Of a stretch of DNA of 64,000 bases, positions 9,938 to 20,705 are shown piece after piece. Position numbers and translations under genes: made by a program. Source of the stretch: Desulfobacterales bacterium (GTDB lineage: Bacteria > Desulfobacterota > Desulfobacteria > Desulfobacterales > UBA5852); contig CAXXVS010000001.1 of NCBI GenBank assembly GCA_963674755.2, forward strand, positions 832,001 through 896,000. Direction: 5' to 3'. The notes beneath the pieces were generated by a model. That model was not told where the DNA came from and ran no database searches. It saw only the letters and a list, made by a program, of their open reading frames with translations. Within the stretch, counting starts at the first letter, position 1. Each line of letters begins with the position of its first letter.

Positions 9938-11248
9938 TCATCTATAATTACTGGTATTTCGTTGTATTGCTTCGTTTACCTGATTTTGTTTCAATAAACT
10001 GTATGCATATGAACCAATCGCTATGTTGAAATACAGCAACATAGTAATCTGTCCAAAATAGGCAACCGATAGAAACGATATACAGTGAGATATCATCATT
10101 GTAGTTAAGCCCCACCATAGCCATTGATCATTTTTACTTCTTAGCGCTAATGATCCGGTAGCTTTTACTGTTTTATAACAAAGAGCAATGAAAGTTGCCA
10201 TCGCGAAGACACCACCTTTAGCTCCTAATAGCAAATAATGATTCGTGAAGTCTGTAAATGTTGCATGGGCGTAAGGCCAATACTTAATATGCCAATCAGC
10301 TCCCATATCACCATAACCAACAAGCCACCATTTACTAAATTCTCTCAATGCAGCTTCTACAAGTAAATATCTGTGCCAACCAGTTGAGCTGGCTTTGAGA
10401 GGAATCCTTACATATAAAAATTGCCATATAGGTGCGTCTCTAGCAAAATGAATAAACAGAGTGGCCAAAATAACGGCAAAAAAAAGTTTTTTGCTGTGAT
10501 GTTTCCATTTAAACAAACATAGGAGAGATACAACTCCTGCAAATGCCACTATAGGACTACTGGAGGAACACGCGATAATATAAAAAACACAACAAATTGA
10601 TGCTAATAGATATTTAATCTGCTTTTCGGTTTTGTACTCGGACCACAGAGCAGGGAAGACCGATGCTGAAAAAGACCCAAATAATATTGCGTGGCTGAAT
10701 GTTGCAGCCGCTCGAATTTCACCATCTCTTATTTCTGTCATGGAGCTTCCAAATAAGATTGGAAAAAGATTGTTTGAAGTAAAATACTCAAATACTACAA
10801 ACGGCAATAAGGCTATTATACAATAACAAAATGTTTTTATTGCAAGCTTTATTGATTCTGATGATTGAAGGATATATCTAAACACTAAGTAGACAAAAAT
10901 GGTATCGACAGTCTCTCCGAGTGTGTAAATAAAGGCCTCCGATTTGTTGACGCTAGCAATAACATAAGCAATAAATCCAATTAGATTGTATGAAATAAAA
11001 AGGTTGTCTATTAGATTAAAGAATTTATACTTAGGAGGCTTCGATCCAAGCCAAAGCTTTCCAAGACTCACTATTGCTATGATTCTAATTGCATAAAAAT
11101 GTAAGCCGCCAATTGTTATCGGTATATCGGCTGGTAAAAAGCACATAGCGATAACGAATGGTATTATAAGATGTTTTTTCTTTAAGAAAAAAATAGAAAT
11201 GCAGAGTGTGGTTATTAACGCTAAAAAAGTAGGAGTCAACTGAGCCAA
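9938..11248 (-). CDS. Wzy polymerase / O-antigen ligase-like polytopic membrane protein
   Basis: Many TM segments; RAAATFSHAILFG, STGWHR, DFTNHYL motifs; EPS context. Confidence 0.75.
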   Translation of the reverse strand: MAQLTPTFLALITTLCISIFFLKKKHLIIPFVIAMCFLPADIPITIGGLHFYAIRIIAIVSLGKLWLGSKPPKYKFFNLIDNLFISYNLIGFIAYVIASVNKSEAFIYTLGETVDTIFVYLVFRYILQSSESIKLAIKTFCYCIIALLPFVVFEYFTSNNLFPILFGSSMTEIRDGEIRAAATFSHAILFGSFSASVFPALWSEYKTEKQIKYLLASICCVFYIIACSSSSPIVAFAGVVSLLCLFKWKHHSKKLFFAVILATLFIHFARDAPIWQFLYVRIPLKASSTGWHRYLLVEAALREFSKWWLVGYGDMGADWHIKYWPYAHATFTDFTNHYLLLGAKGGVFAMATFIALCYKTVKATGSLALRSKNDQWLWWGLTTMMISHCISFLSVAYFGQITMLLYFNIAIGSYAYSLLKQNQVNEAIQRNTSNYR

Positions 11249-11511
11249 TTTTATTGTATTCCTTTAGGTCGAAAGCTAGGAAGAACCTGTGCGGAAATTT
11301 TAATTTTGATACAACTTTATTTTGATACTGGATAGCGACAGAATGGATTTGAATTAGCAGGACCGGTCTCACGAGTGGAAGAATTAAGGCCACATAAAGG
11401 CGAGGGCGTCTTTTTGGATAAAAAAATACGAACGATGATTCTGATTTTATATTCAGAGAATCTCTGCGGCTTTCGATGTTTTGAGGCGGGGAAACAAAGA
11501 ATACCCGGGAA

Positions 11512-11557
11512 GAAAAACGTGAGTCATCCCAGCCCCTTTTATGGAGCTGGGATGACT
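11512..11557 (-). terminator. Rho-independent terminator downstream of the beta-helix gene
   Basis: Perfect 12-bp stem agtcatcccagc/gctgggatgact, followed on the minus strand by a T-rich tract. Confidence 0.7.
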
Positions 11558-11634
11558 TATATCAAGCGTCTGGAAACATCTTTACTTTTTCATTTTTTTA
11601 GCGATGCTGTGCATTGTGGTTCAGCAATCGTTAA

Positions 11635-13539
11635 TTATGGCAGATACTCATGAACTTCGAACTCAGTAATGCTGTTCCAACTATTGTTATTGTTCCCATA
11701 TCCGGTTATCCTTACATACCTTACCGGTATTTGCGAAATTTCATACGTCTCTAACGTATCGGTTCCACCACTATTTCCTCTATAGTGTTGAGTCCACGTT
11801 GTTCTATCCACTGAGGTCTCTAACCCAAAGTCTGCAATTTGTGTCTGTCCAATAAACCATGCAATTTGAACCTCAGATAGAACTTTATTAGATCCTAAAT
11901 CGTATTCTATCCACTCCCCTATACCTTCAGCCGACCATCTGGTAGTGAAATCACCATCAATGGTATTTTCCGGAATATTGCCATCGTCTGAACTAGCTGT
12001 TATCGACACAGGGTTAAGCTTAACAACAGGGCTAGGTGTAACAACAGGGCTAGGTGTAACAACAGGGTTAAGCACTACACGAGCACTAGGTGGAGATGTA
12101 GGAGGTACAATTTCTGAGGATCCACTGTCTGAGGGGTCGCTTGGCTGCCCACTGACATATTCAAATGCCCCAATATCCCAATTTCCGTCAGCACCACGTA
12201 CGTTACCGAACATATCGACGTTGTATGGAGATGATAGTACTATAGTTGTGTCACCTCCCAATCCAGTAGCAAGGCGATAATTATCATTGGATGAGTCTGC
12301 AAACGGGTCCCCTGTGGTTACGATACTGTGTGTCGGGGGTTGTGACGGGGCATATTGATCGCTCCAATAACCATAATCTATAGTTACATTCGTACTAACA
12401 AAACCAGTCGTACTGTTGTTCCACCACAAGTTATTATAGGCTACGTTCCCGCTTGCTCTCCCGGGAAAATAAAGTCCGCCACCGTAATAACCAGATGTCA
12501 TATTAGCGATTGTGTTGTTATATATTTTCCAATTAACAGCCCAGGTGGCGTTTCCTGCATCGTCATGTACCGCAGCTAAACCGCTTGCTCCCGTCTGAGA
12601 ATAACTTGAGTTGAAGTAAAAAAGGTTCCCGTATATTTCCCAATTTTCACAAGCTCCGTAACTTTCAACGCCACCTATATTTGATGTTCCGTTGGCATTT
12701 TCAAACAAATTATAACGGACAGTGTAATTATCGTCACCACTCATCGACCAAAGTTCTGCGTGATATGCTGACGTGCTTTTATTATTTGAAATACAATTAT
12801 ATTCGACTATCCATCCATCATTTCCCCTGGTGAATAGAGGGCACCCATACGGATCATAAATATAGCAATATGCAATATGCCAATCGTCATTCCGGATTGT
12901 GCCTAAATTCCATATTAAGTGGCCATATCCATTATTTGTATCAACTCCCCATTTTGGGACTGCATGGATTTGCAAGTGGTAAAGATTTACATTTGTTACC
13001 GGGCCCACTCCATAGGGAACATTAATACACCTATTGGCAACACCTGAAGTCCACGGTGCTCTGATCTCAATCCCAAAACCTTCACGAAATGAATCGGGGA
13101 AATTGTTTTCATCGGGACCGCCACCAGTTTGCCCGTCCCAAGTGTAGTAGCCTGTGTAGAAGGTGTATAAGCCAGTGAAAACTGCCTTACCATCGCCATA
13201 ACTGATGCTCCATCCAGTGTCAGTACCGTGATCGTCTTCAGTTGCTTTTACAATATAGATATAATCTGTACCACTGGTTGGGTCGTCAAATTGATAAGAA
13301 CCATATTCACCGTCAGCGATCATATAAATCGTATTTCTTTTAAGAGTCGAGGGGAGATCATCCAAAGCGTTTGTCCATGAAGTCCCATCTCCGATTCCAC
13401 CATCCCTTATGTAAACTATATCCCTGCCGCTGGCAGTATAGTTTTCGGCATATGCATTACCAGCTAAACATATCATGAGAAAAAAGGCGCATAATAAAGG
13501 AGTTAATGCATATACATTTTTTCTTATTCTAAAAAACAT
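11635..13539 (-). CDS. Secreted protein: parallel beta-helix (pectate-lyase-like) domain, P/V/T/S linker, C-terminal F5/8 type C (discoidin/CBM32) domain
   Basis: Signal peptide ending AYA; repeated N-rich (I/V)xxN beta-helix turns; WDIGAFEY motif; VVTPSP repeats; ASSDDGNIPENTIDGDFTTRWS..GEWIEYDLG..RYVRITG..NSITEFEV discoidin. ATG 13539 has an AGGAGG RBS. Confidence 0.8.
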   Translation of the reverse strand: MFFRIRKNVYALTPLLCAFFLMICLAGNAYAENYTASGRDIVYIRDGGIGDGTSWTNALDDLPSTLKRNTIYMIADGEYGSYQFDDPTSGTDYIYIVKATEDDHGTDTGWSISYGDGKAVFTGLYTFYTGYYTWDGQTGGGPDENNFPDSFREGFGIEIRAPWTSGVANRCINVPYGVGPVTNVNLYHLQIHAVPKWGVDTNNGYGHLIWNLGTIRNDDWHIAYCYIYDPYGCPLFTRGNDGWIVEYNCISNNKSTSAYHAELWSMSGDDNYTVRYNLFENANGTSNIGGVESYGACENWEIYGNLFYFNSSYSQTGASGLAAVHDDAGNATWAVNWKIYNNTIANMTSGYYGGGLYFPGRASGNVAYNNLWWNNSTTGFVSTNVTIDYGYWSDQYAPSQPPTHSIVTTGDPFADSSNDNYRLATGLGGDTTIVLSSPYNVDMFGNVRGADGNWDIGAFEYVSGQPSDPSDSGSSEIVPPTSPPSARVVLNPVVTPSPVVTPSPVVKLNPVSITASSDDGNIPENTIDGDFTTRWSAEGIGEWIEYDLGSNKVLSEVQIAWFIGQTQIADFGLETSVDRTTWTQHYRGNSGGTDTLETYEISQIPVRYVRITGYGNNNNSWNSITEFEVHEYLP

Positions 13540-13600
13540 CGTATCCTCCTGGTAGTTAAAATGATACAAACGGTAATACATTTTTTTCGGTCCATGCATA

Positions 13601-13616
13601 TGCAACATCCGGGCCA
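13601..13616 (-). promoter_or_regulatory. sigma54 (-24/-12) promoter for the beta-helix gene
   Basis: Minus strand TGGCCCGGATGTTGCA matches TGGCACGNNNNTTGCW with exact spacing, 62 bp upstream of ATG. Confidence 0.75.
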
Positions 13617-14041
13617 TTTTAGCAAACAATATTTTATAGTGTAATCAACGTGTAACAGAATTTAAAATACTATCAAAGTATGATGAAGTGCAAAATTTTA
13701 GACAGATTCCAACTTTTTCACATTTAATAAACTTTTTCTCTTTGGATAGCATCAGCCCTATCAAGGCAGGCTTCATACTAAATCAACTTTATGGGGTGAC
13801 GATGTTTGTTGGATGAAACGAGGTAGTTATCTATGTTTTTATTTCTATAGTAAATCCCTATCGCTATCTACTATGTAAATTTATTCACAATTCCATAGTT
13901 TTTATGGAATCTATTACCACATCTTGTGGTCTGCTCAAAACCCCATCGCAATAATTTCAAGCATTTGCACTTTTGCACAATTCTTGCACTTCTAACTAGC
14001 TCTCGCCCTATATTGGCTAAATAGACAATTTGGAGGTTTCA

Positions 14042-14794
14042 ATGAGGCGCATCAGCATGTTCGCACTGGCATTCTCGATATTGTTCGTTCCATCTGTATT
14101 CGCTTTCCCGGTACAATTGATAGACAATAGCTATTATTACGATATCTATTCTATAGCTTATTCCTCAGATGGAGAAATGACGGAAGGAAGATTATCTGGA
14201 ACCTCCAACCAAGATTCAATTTCTAAAGATTTTATCCTGGCTCAAGGTGACCTATCCAGTTATGTTGGCGGTAGTATAACAGCAGATCCATTTTCGTTGT
14301 CATGTATTTCAGGGGGTCATGCTTATAGCGATGCATATGAATTGTTAGGCTCCGGGTACGCTTTCGTATCAAGTTCCACCACATTCAAACCCTTAGAAAC
14401 GACAACTTCAATTAATTTTGACACTTATTATTATGTTCCTTGGGCGGCCTCTTATTTTATTCTAACAGACATCACAGAAGGTACTGAACTTTTTAACGGT
14501 TCAGTATTTCTTTGGCTGCAAGATTATATATCCCAATATATAGGTGATTCATGGAAGGGTTCGACAACCAATGTTCTTCAATTGGATTTCGACATATTGG
14601 ATGCCACGCTTTATGATGACCATTTATACAAACTTGAAATAGGTGCGCTCGCACAATCAGGGGGTGATTTTTCATCAGCACATCTCACCGCCGATATTCA
14701 GGTTGTCCCCGTACCTGAGCCATCAACGCTGTTATTGTTGAGTCTTGCATTGCCCGTCGCTTGGATAAGAAAAAACAGATTTTCAAAAAACTAA
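14042..14794 (+). CDS. PEP-CTERM sorting-domain protein (exosortase substrate)
   Basis: Signal peptide (..VPSVFA); C-terminal VPEPSTLLLLSLALPVAWIRKNR = PEP motif + TM + basic tail; GGAGG RBS before ATG 14042. Confidence 0.93.
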   Translation: MRRISMFALAFSILFVPSVFAFPVQLIDNSYYYDIYSIAYSSDGEMTEGRLSGTSNQDSISKDFILAQGDLSSYVGGSITADPFSLSCISGGHAYSDAYELLGSGYAFVSSSTTFKPLETTTSINFDTYYYVPWAASYFILTDITEGTELFNGSVFLWLQDYISQYIGDSWKGSTTNVLQLDFDILDATLYDDHLYKLEIGALAQSGGDFSSAHLTADIQVVPVPEPSTLLLLSLALPVAWIRKNRFSKN

Positions 14795-15048
14795 TAGCAA
14801 ATCATGGGCTCCGTGAAGCTCATGATGAGAAATGAGTCGGCCCAATCGATCAATTACCGCCCATTTTTTCGACGCACTAACTGAATTAAATTTACTGAAA
14901 AATTTTCCCGGAAGTGTAAAATCGGAGATGTGGCATGTTTTTCAAAGGTCTCACCGCTTTGAGCGGTTCACGAGTCAATCCTTCGGCTTTTCCAGAGGTC
15001 ATGAATTTGCATTAGACCTAAAGAGAAATTATTCAAATTGTGCCTTTC

Positions 15049-15972
15049 TTACTCTGGACGCCAAGTGTTATTTTCTATTTTAAACAATCTTCTTAATTGC
15101 TCTTTTCGAGAATATGAAATGGCTTCCGGGGGTAAAGGTTGTTCTAAGTTTCTTAACAACCCAACAAAATAGCCGGTTAGCCTCATCAAACCAGATAAGA
15201 AATAGGGGCGTTCCCACATCATTCTTTTAAGGCATTTTGCGAACATAAAAAGAGGGTGGGAACCTAAACAATAGTCCGTTATTCCTAGACGATATCTTGC
15301 CATAGTCAAACTTCGTCCATCACCGGTACCAACCGGTCTATGGTGTTTTACGATGATATCATCAAAGGACCATGTCCCCCAACCATTCATTCTAGCTAGG
15401 ATTTCCATTCCAGAGTCTTCACCTCCGTGTTTAAACGGAAGATAACCTCCACATTTTTCGTAACACTCTTTTTTAAATACTTGGATAGCTTTTGGTGTTG
15501 AGTGCCGAGAAATTTTAGCCACTATCCAATTATCACCCTCAATCTCTATGTATGTTCCTGTGGCAATCCCAAGTTTTTTATACTTATTAAAGTTAGAAAA
15601 AATTTTTTCATAGTAATCTTTGCATAATTCAATATCAGCATCAAGAATGGCTAGATACGAAAAGTTTATTTGTTTGATATGTCTATAGCCGGTTGTTATT
15701 GCATTTACATTGCTACCATAATATGTTTGATTCGAAAGTTTGTTGATATGTAAATATTCAATCCACTTATATTTTTTACTATAATTTTTAATAATTTTTG
15801 CAGTTGAATCAGTGGACCCGTCATCGATAATAATCCATTTCAGCGGCTTGATAGTTTGAGCAATAACCGACTCTATTGGGTACGTTATAAGTTTCTCTTC
15901 ATTAAAACAAGGCGTTAATATTATATATGATGGATTTTTATTGAGATCCATTCCAACCTCATTACTGTACAA
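15049..15972 (-). CDS. GT2-family glycosyltransferase
   Basis: TPCFNEE, WIIIDDGSTD, ILDAD, GGED. Confidence 0.9.
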   Translation of the reverse strand: MYSNEVGMDLNKNPSYIILTPCFNEEKLITYPIESVIAQTIKPLKWIIIDDGSTDSTAKIIKNYSKKYKWIEYLHINKLSNQTYYGSNVNAITTGYRHIKQINFSYLAILDADIELCKDYYEKIFSNFNKYKKLGIATGTYIEIEGDNWIVAKISRHSTPKAIQVFKKECYEKCGGYLPFKHGGEDSGMEILARMNGWGTWSFDDIIVKHHRPVGTGDGRSLTMARYRLGITDYCLGSHPLFMFAKCLKRMMWERPYFLSGLMRLTGYFVGLLRNLEQPLPPEAISYSRKEQLRRLFKIENNTWRPE

Positions 15973-17824
15973 ATCTATTGCGGTTCGAGATGCATGTATT
16001 ATGCCATAAAGCGAGCCCTAACAAAGTCCATATTTGCAAAAAGTAATTTTTTTTGCCAGAAACATGCTCGTCCAATATTGAACGAGCATATTCAATTGAA
16101 ATGATATCTTCAGGAAGGTTTTTTTCAGATATCATATCATAACAATAATCCCTGAGCTTTCCTCGAAACCATTGGGAAAGGGGCACAACGAAACCAGCTT
16201 TTTTTCGATTGATGATTGTTTTAGGTAAATATTTTTTTGAAATTTCCTTGATTACAATTTTTCTTCTGAGTCGATAAATTTTTAAATTGTCTGGCAAACA
16301 AAATGCCCATTCGACCATTTCATGATCAAGGAAGGGAACGCGCCCTTCAATTGATGCCCCCATCGTCATCTTATCGCCTCGGTCTAGTAAGTTATCAGGC
16401 AACCATATTTTACAATCGAAAAATAAAAATGAGCGCAATGAACTATCGAGATTGTAAGAACTAAAAAAAGCATTCGCGCCATCTTGGTAATTAAAATTCC
16501 GATTTATCAAAAGGCGCAATTTTTCCTGATCATTAAATGGTGAAAACCATAAAGGCCATCTTTTTAATTGATCTGATTCGGACAAGCTTTTTATCGCGAT
16601 TTGCATCTTCCTGTATTTTGTATCGGTGCTATTTATTAAAGCGTCTGTAATAAAGACGGGTAGTTTGCTAATGCATGGGCTGAGAAAATCAGCTCCATAC
16701 TTAGGATAGCCTGCAAACAGCTCATCACTACCCTCGCCAGAAAGTAATATTTTAACTTTTTCCGAGGCCAATTTCGATAACAAATGAAGTGGAATATCTG
16801 CTGGTTCACTTAAGGGGGAATCTCTTAGAAATGTTAGCTTTTCAATATTTTCTAAAAAATCATTTTCGCTGATAAGTAATTCATGGTGATCAGTTTTATA
16901 TTGGTCAGCAACGATTTTAGCGTAACCTGTTTCTGTGTCAGGAAAATCTTTAAAGCCTACAGAGTATGTCTTAACTGGCTCATCTATCAGATGGCTCATT
17001 ATGGCGACAATAAGACTAGAATCTATCCCGCCACTTAAAAAAGCTCCCAGCGGGACATCGCTAATCAACCTTCGTTTTATTGACTTGATTAAGATAGATT
17101 CCGTATCTTCTACAAGTTTGCTGAGATTCCTATTCTTTTTAATATGATTATAAATTGGAATATCCCAATACCGTTTAACGACTGCACCATCTTTGTTGAA
17201 AATTAAATAATGACCAGGTTGCAACTTATTAATGCCATTGTAAAGGGTGTTAGGTGATGGAACGGAACGAAAAGTAAAATAATTCCAAAGTGATTGGATA
17301 TTGGGTTCCGGAGAAACAGCCGGGTGCTGCAAAATACCTTTTTGCTCAGATGAAAATATTAAAAAATTTTGTTTCTCATAATAATAAAGAGGTTTGATGC
17401 CCATCCTATCACGGACTAATAAGAGGCGCTTTTTATCGATGTCCCAAATGGCAAAAGAAAACATACCATTTAGAAAATTCATCATTTCAGTGCCATATTC
17501 TTCATACAAATGTACCAACGTTTCCGTGTCACCATGTGTCTGGAAGCGATGGCCCAGACCTTTTAGTTTTTCTCTCAATTCTTTATAGTTATAAATTTCA
17601 CCATTAAAAGTTATCCAAACTGTATGATTTTCATTACAAAGTGGTTGTTTGCTTCCTTCGACATCAATAATGCTTAATCGTACATGGCCCAAACCGCAAA
17701 TTAAACGATCGTTGAAAGTGCCTTTACCATCTGGCCCCCGGTGCGCAATTATTGAATTCATATTTTCAATAATATTCATATCAATAGGATTTTTAAAGCT
17801 GACTATACCGTTAATCCCACACAT
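15962..17824 (-). CDS. asnB: Asparagine synthase (glutamine-hydrolysing) family amidotransferase, EPS-associated
   Basis: MCGI N-terminal nucleophile, HRGPD, NGEIYN, RDRMGIKPLYY, LSGGIDSS, SGEGSDELFAGY. Confidence 0.92.
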   Translation of the reverse strand: MCGINGIVSFKNPIDMNIIENMNSIIAHRGPDGKGTFNDRLICGLGHVRLSIIDVEGSKQPLCNENHTVWITFNGEIYNYKELREKLKGLGHRFQTHGDTETLVHLYEEYGTEMMNFLNGMFSFAIWDIDKKRLLLVRDRMGIKPLYYYEKQNFLIFSSEQKGILQHPAVSPEPNIQSLWNYFTFRSVPSPNTLYNGINKLQPGHYLIFNKDGAVVKRYWDIPIYNHIKKNRNLSKLVEDTESILIKSIKRRLISDVPLGAFLSGGIDSSLIVAIMSHLIDEPVKTYSVGFKDFPDTETGYAKIVADQYKTDHHELLISENDFLENIEKLTFLRDSPLSEPADIPLHLLSKLASEKVKILLSGEGSDELFAGYPKYGADFLSPCISKLPVFITDALINSTDTKYRKMQIAIKSLSESDQLKRWPLWFSPFNDQEKLRLLINRNFNYQDGANAFFSSYNLDSSLRSFLFFDCKIWLPDNLLDRGDKMTMGASIEGRVPFLDHEMVEWAFCLPDNLKIYRLRRKIVIKEISKKYLPKTIINRKKAGFVVPLSQWFRGKLRDYCYDMISEKNLPEDIISIEYARSILDEHVSGKKNYFLQIWTLLGLALWHNTCISNRNRFVQ

Positions 17825-17938
17825 AAATTACGTCCTTTTCATTTTCTCAAAAAAAGTTCTAAATTACAATTTAGAACTTTTTACTTAAAAATAACAGTGA
17901 ATTAAAGGGAAATGCTTTAAATGGGAGAAAGGGTACAT

Positions 17939-18874
17939 TTAGGAGTCACATTTTAGCCACTCTTTTCTTTTATTCCATATCTTTGACCAGCTATCCGCTT
18001 TTTCACGGAATTTGTTATGAGTCAAGAATGATAAAATATTGCTCGCAAGCATTCTTGAGAATACTGATACTTTAAGCAATGTTACTCCAATAAATTTTTC
18101 GATTGGTGCAAAATGTCTTCTAATTAATTGTATTTTGGCACGAAATAAACGAATCATTTTGTCTGGATATATCTTTTCACTTGCTCCGCAATAGTGAATA
18201 ATTGTAGCATCTGGGGTGATTACCGGATTAGCTCCGTATTTAAAAGATCGAAGACAAAGGTCCGCATCCTCTCCGTACATGAAAAAAAGCGGATCAAAGC
18301 CATTGAGACGTTGCCATAATTGTCGTTCGATCAATAGAAAACATCCGGTTACAATATCAACTTCCTTTATACTATTACGTTGCCAATCTCCATATGATTC
18401 TGGATCGAAAATTCTGTTTCTTCTGAAAATGGATGTTAAACCGGTAGCATAGCAAAAAAGACTCCATAAGGTTGGGCGTGCCCAACAAGATTCGTGGTTT
18501 AACGAATGATCTCCATATAACGTACGCCCACCGTATATTTGATGATGAGGATTAGCAACAGCAAACGAATGGATTTTTTGTATTGCACCGTCGAGAATTA
18601 CGGTGTCCGGGTTTAAGAGCAAAATATAGTTGCCTTTCGCTTTTTTTGCGGCAAAATTATTTGCTCTCGCAAAACCAAGATTTTCATTAGATGCAATTAG
18701 ATCAATGTTCTTAAATTTATCTCTAATGGCTTGTTCTGAACCATCTCTGGAATCGTTATCTACTACGATTATTTCGTATGAAATACCCTTGGTTTGCTCT
18801 AAAATTGAATTTATGCAAGCCAGAGTCATCTCTCTAGTATTATAACTAATAATTATAATGCTAACGTTTATCAT
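17939..18874 (-). CDS. GT2-family glycosyltransferase (WbbL-like)
   Basis: SYNT, VVDNDS.DGS, NLGFARANN, LLNPDT, FFMYGEDADLC. Confidence 0.9.
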   Translation of the reverse strand: MINVSIIIISYNTREMTLACINSILEQTKGISYEIIVVDNDSRDGSEQAIRDKFKNIDLIASNENLGFARANNFAAKKAKGNYILLLNPDTVILDGAIQKIHSFAVANPHHQIYGGRTLYGDHSLNHESCWARPTLWSLFCYATGLTSIFRRNRIFDPESYGDWQRNSIKEVDIVTGCFLLIERQLWQRLNGFDPLFFMYGEDADLCLRSFKYGANPVITPDATIIHYCGASEKIYPDKMIRLFRAKIQLIRRHFAPIEKFIGVTLLKVSVFSRMLASNILSFLTHNKFREKADSWSKIWNKRKEWLKCDS

Positions 18875-18996
18875 AATTGTCTCATATTTGAATTATAATT
18901 TTGATGTCATGACTATAACAACACCATAAAAAGTGTTTCAAGATATAGTCATGAGCGTTTACCCGTATTTTGTTTCAACTGACGTGAAGATAAACT

Positions 18997-19473
18997 TTAT
19001 GTAATTATCTTATTCAAATAATTAATAAGTCCCTCTTTTTGGTCTTTGCCACTCAGGTTGGCTACACTCTTTGTCTCACAATTTACGAAGTTGGACAATT
19101 CACTTATATCAAATATTATCTCAACTAGACCGGTTGTAGCGAACTTTTTAGAGAAGGAGACCTGATGATCATCAACATGCTCGCCGAATTCCTTTCTGCG
19201 GGGTACAAGAAGCGGGCGGTGCCCTAACTGGACACACAAAAGAGTCGTGCCTGCACCGGCATGCGCAATAATCGTGTCGGCTTCCTTAATTTTATTACAC
19301 ATATCTCCGAAATCTAAAAAACGCCGCCATTTGCAGTGCTTAGGCTCGAAAGAACAGGATCCCAACTGCACGAACACATCCTGCTGGATGACATTTTCAT
19401 ATACCAGCCTGTCGACTTCCTTCACCATCCTGTCGATGGGGAATTTCTCAGTTCCAGTTATTACGAAAATCAT
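18997..19473 (-). CDS. pssE: PssE/Cps14G-like glycosyltransferase subunit (GT28 C-terminal, Alg13-like)
   Basis: MIFVITGT start overlapping the upstream stop (ATGA); HAGAGT, VPRRKEFGEHVDDHQ. Confidence 0.85.
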   Translation of the reverse strand: MIFVITGTEKFPIDRMVKEVDRLVYENVIQQDVFVQLGSCSFEPKHCKWRRFLDFGDMCNKIKEADTIIAHAGAGTTLLCVQLGHRPLLVPRRKEFGEHVDDHQVSFSKKFATTGLVEIIFDISELSNFVNCETKSVANLSGKDQKEGLINYLNKIIT

Positions 19474-19949
19474 AATACCTGCCCCCTGTACTGCGCCTTG
19501 GGGTAACGTAACTCTAAATCCTTCCACTGAACCAAGAGTTTATCCACAAATGGGTAAACCAATTTGGCGCTTAAAGAAAGCTCTTCGTTCCTTGTTATTG
19601 ATTCCAAGTAGATTGTTTTAATTCCCACTAACTTTGCAATTATTATGAATGGTACCCCGACACCAGCACCCGTCGACAAAACTAAAGAAGGCCTTTCTTT
19701 TATTATAAGTTTCCAAGCGAACCATAAATTCTTAATTAGGTTTTTCAAATTACGATTCGTCGGATAGTATGCCCAATATTTTCGTTCATCTTTTAGTAAA
19801 TAAAGAGCATCCTGGGTTGGAAATGAAACCCAAAAATGAGATTTATTACCCCAAAATGCTTTTAGGTTGTACAATTGAAATAAATGCCCTCCTGATGAAC
19901 AAACCAAACAAATACTTTTTGTTTTCATAAGACCTTTGGTCAACTCCAT
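19470..19949 (-). CDS. pssD: PssD/Cps14F-like glycosyltransferase enhancer subunit (Alg14-like)
   Basis: LVCSSGGHL, STGAGVG, IYLESITR, VQW. Confidence 0.88.
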   Translation of the reverse strand: MELTKGLMKTKSICLVCSSGGHLFQLYNLKAFWGNKSHFWVSFPTQDALYLLKDERKYWAYYPTNRNLKNLIKNLWFAWKLIIKERPSLVLSTGAGVGVPFIIIAKLVGIKTIYLESITRNEELSLSAKLVYPFVDKLLVQWKDLELRYPKAQYRGQVL

Positions 19950-20180
19950 TACTAATTACAATTAATGCCTGTCCTTGTATTCGACAGGGGGCAGGATATA
20001 AAATAGCCAGATATTTTTATACGTATATCAGTGAATTGGTGGCTCTTGCCATTGGCTTCCTCGAAAGTGAATTGTTCTATCATGTATGCTTCAAAGTATT
20101 GGATGATATTCTCTGCGTGATTTTTTTAAATGCATTGATACTTTCTGAAACCGAAAACACTTAATATTCGGCTGCCAAAA

Positions 20181-20316
20181 TTGATGGCATCGTAAAAAGT
20201 CTCAATACCGTCACTCCCGCGAAGGCGGGATTCCATAAACCACTGAAATGACTGGATCCCCGCCTGCGCAGGGATGACGAAACAATACTGTCAGTGACTT
20301 TTTACGAGCTCATCAA
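20181..20316. repeat. MITE-like palindromic repeat, family A, copy 1
   Basis: Arms ttgatggcatcgtaaaaagtc / gactttttacgagctcatcaa; internal gtcactcccgcgaaggcggga..tcca and ctggatccccgcctgcgcagggatgac hairpins. Confidence 0.8.
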
Positions 20317-20705
20317 AACTAGATCAGCATGAACGTTTTATTTAAAGGCTGTTTCAAAATTGGTTAAGCGTTATCCTTATACACGCAATAAAAAAGAGGC
20401 ACTTATAAACAGAGAGCAAGTTCTGGTGCAAAAACAGCAATCGGAGGTAGTTCCCACTCCAATAGAATGTAAGCTTAAGATTCGTCCTCATTAAATACCG
20501 TCAGCGATTTCGACAGTCTTTGCGTTTCGATTTTTTCATGCCTTTCCTATGCGGCCATATCAGTTCAATCTGGTGTCTCTTTATAGATACGGAGCGGAGA
20601 GAATCCAAGATAGCCATTTTCATATTGTATCTGACGATAATGCCACTAATATCAACATTCAATAATAAACAATTCTTGTTTGAGTTGCAGGAACATCTTC
20701 TTACG

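Noticed and set aside
1521..14952. GAGACCTTTG (1521) and CAAAGGTCTC (14943-14952) as ends of a 13-kb composite transposon
   Set aside because: Only a 10-bp match, no transposase between them and no target duplication seen; at most isolated IS5-like end scars
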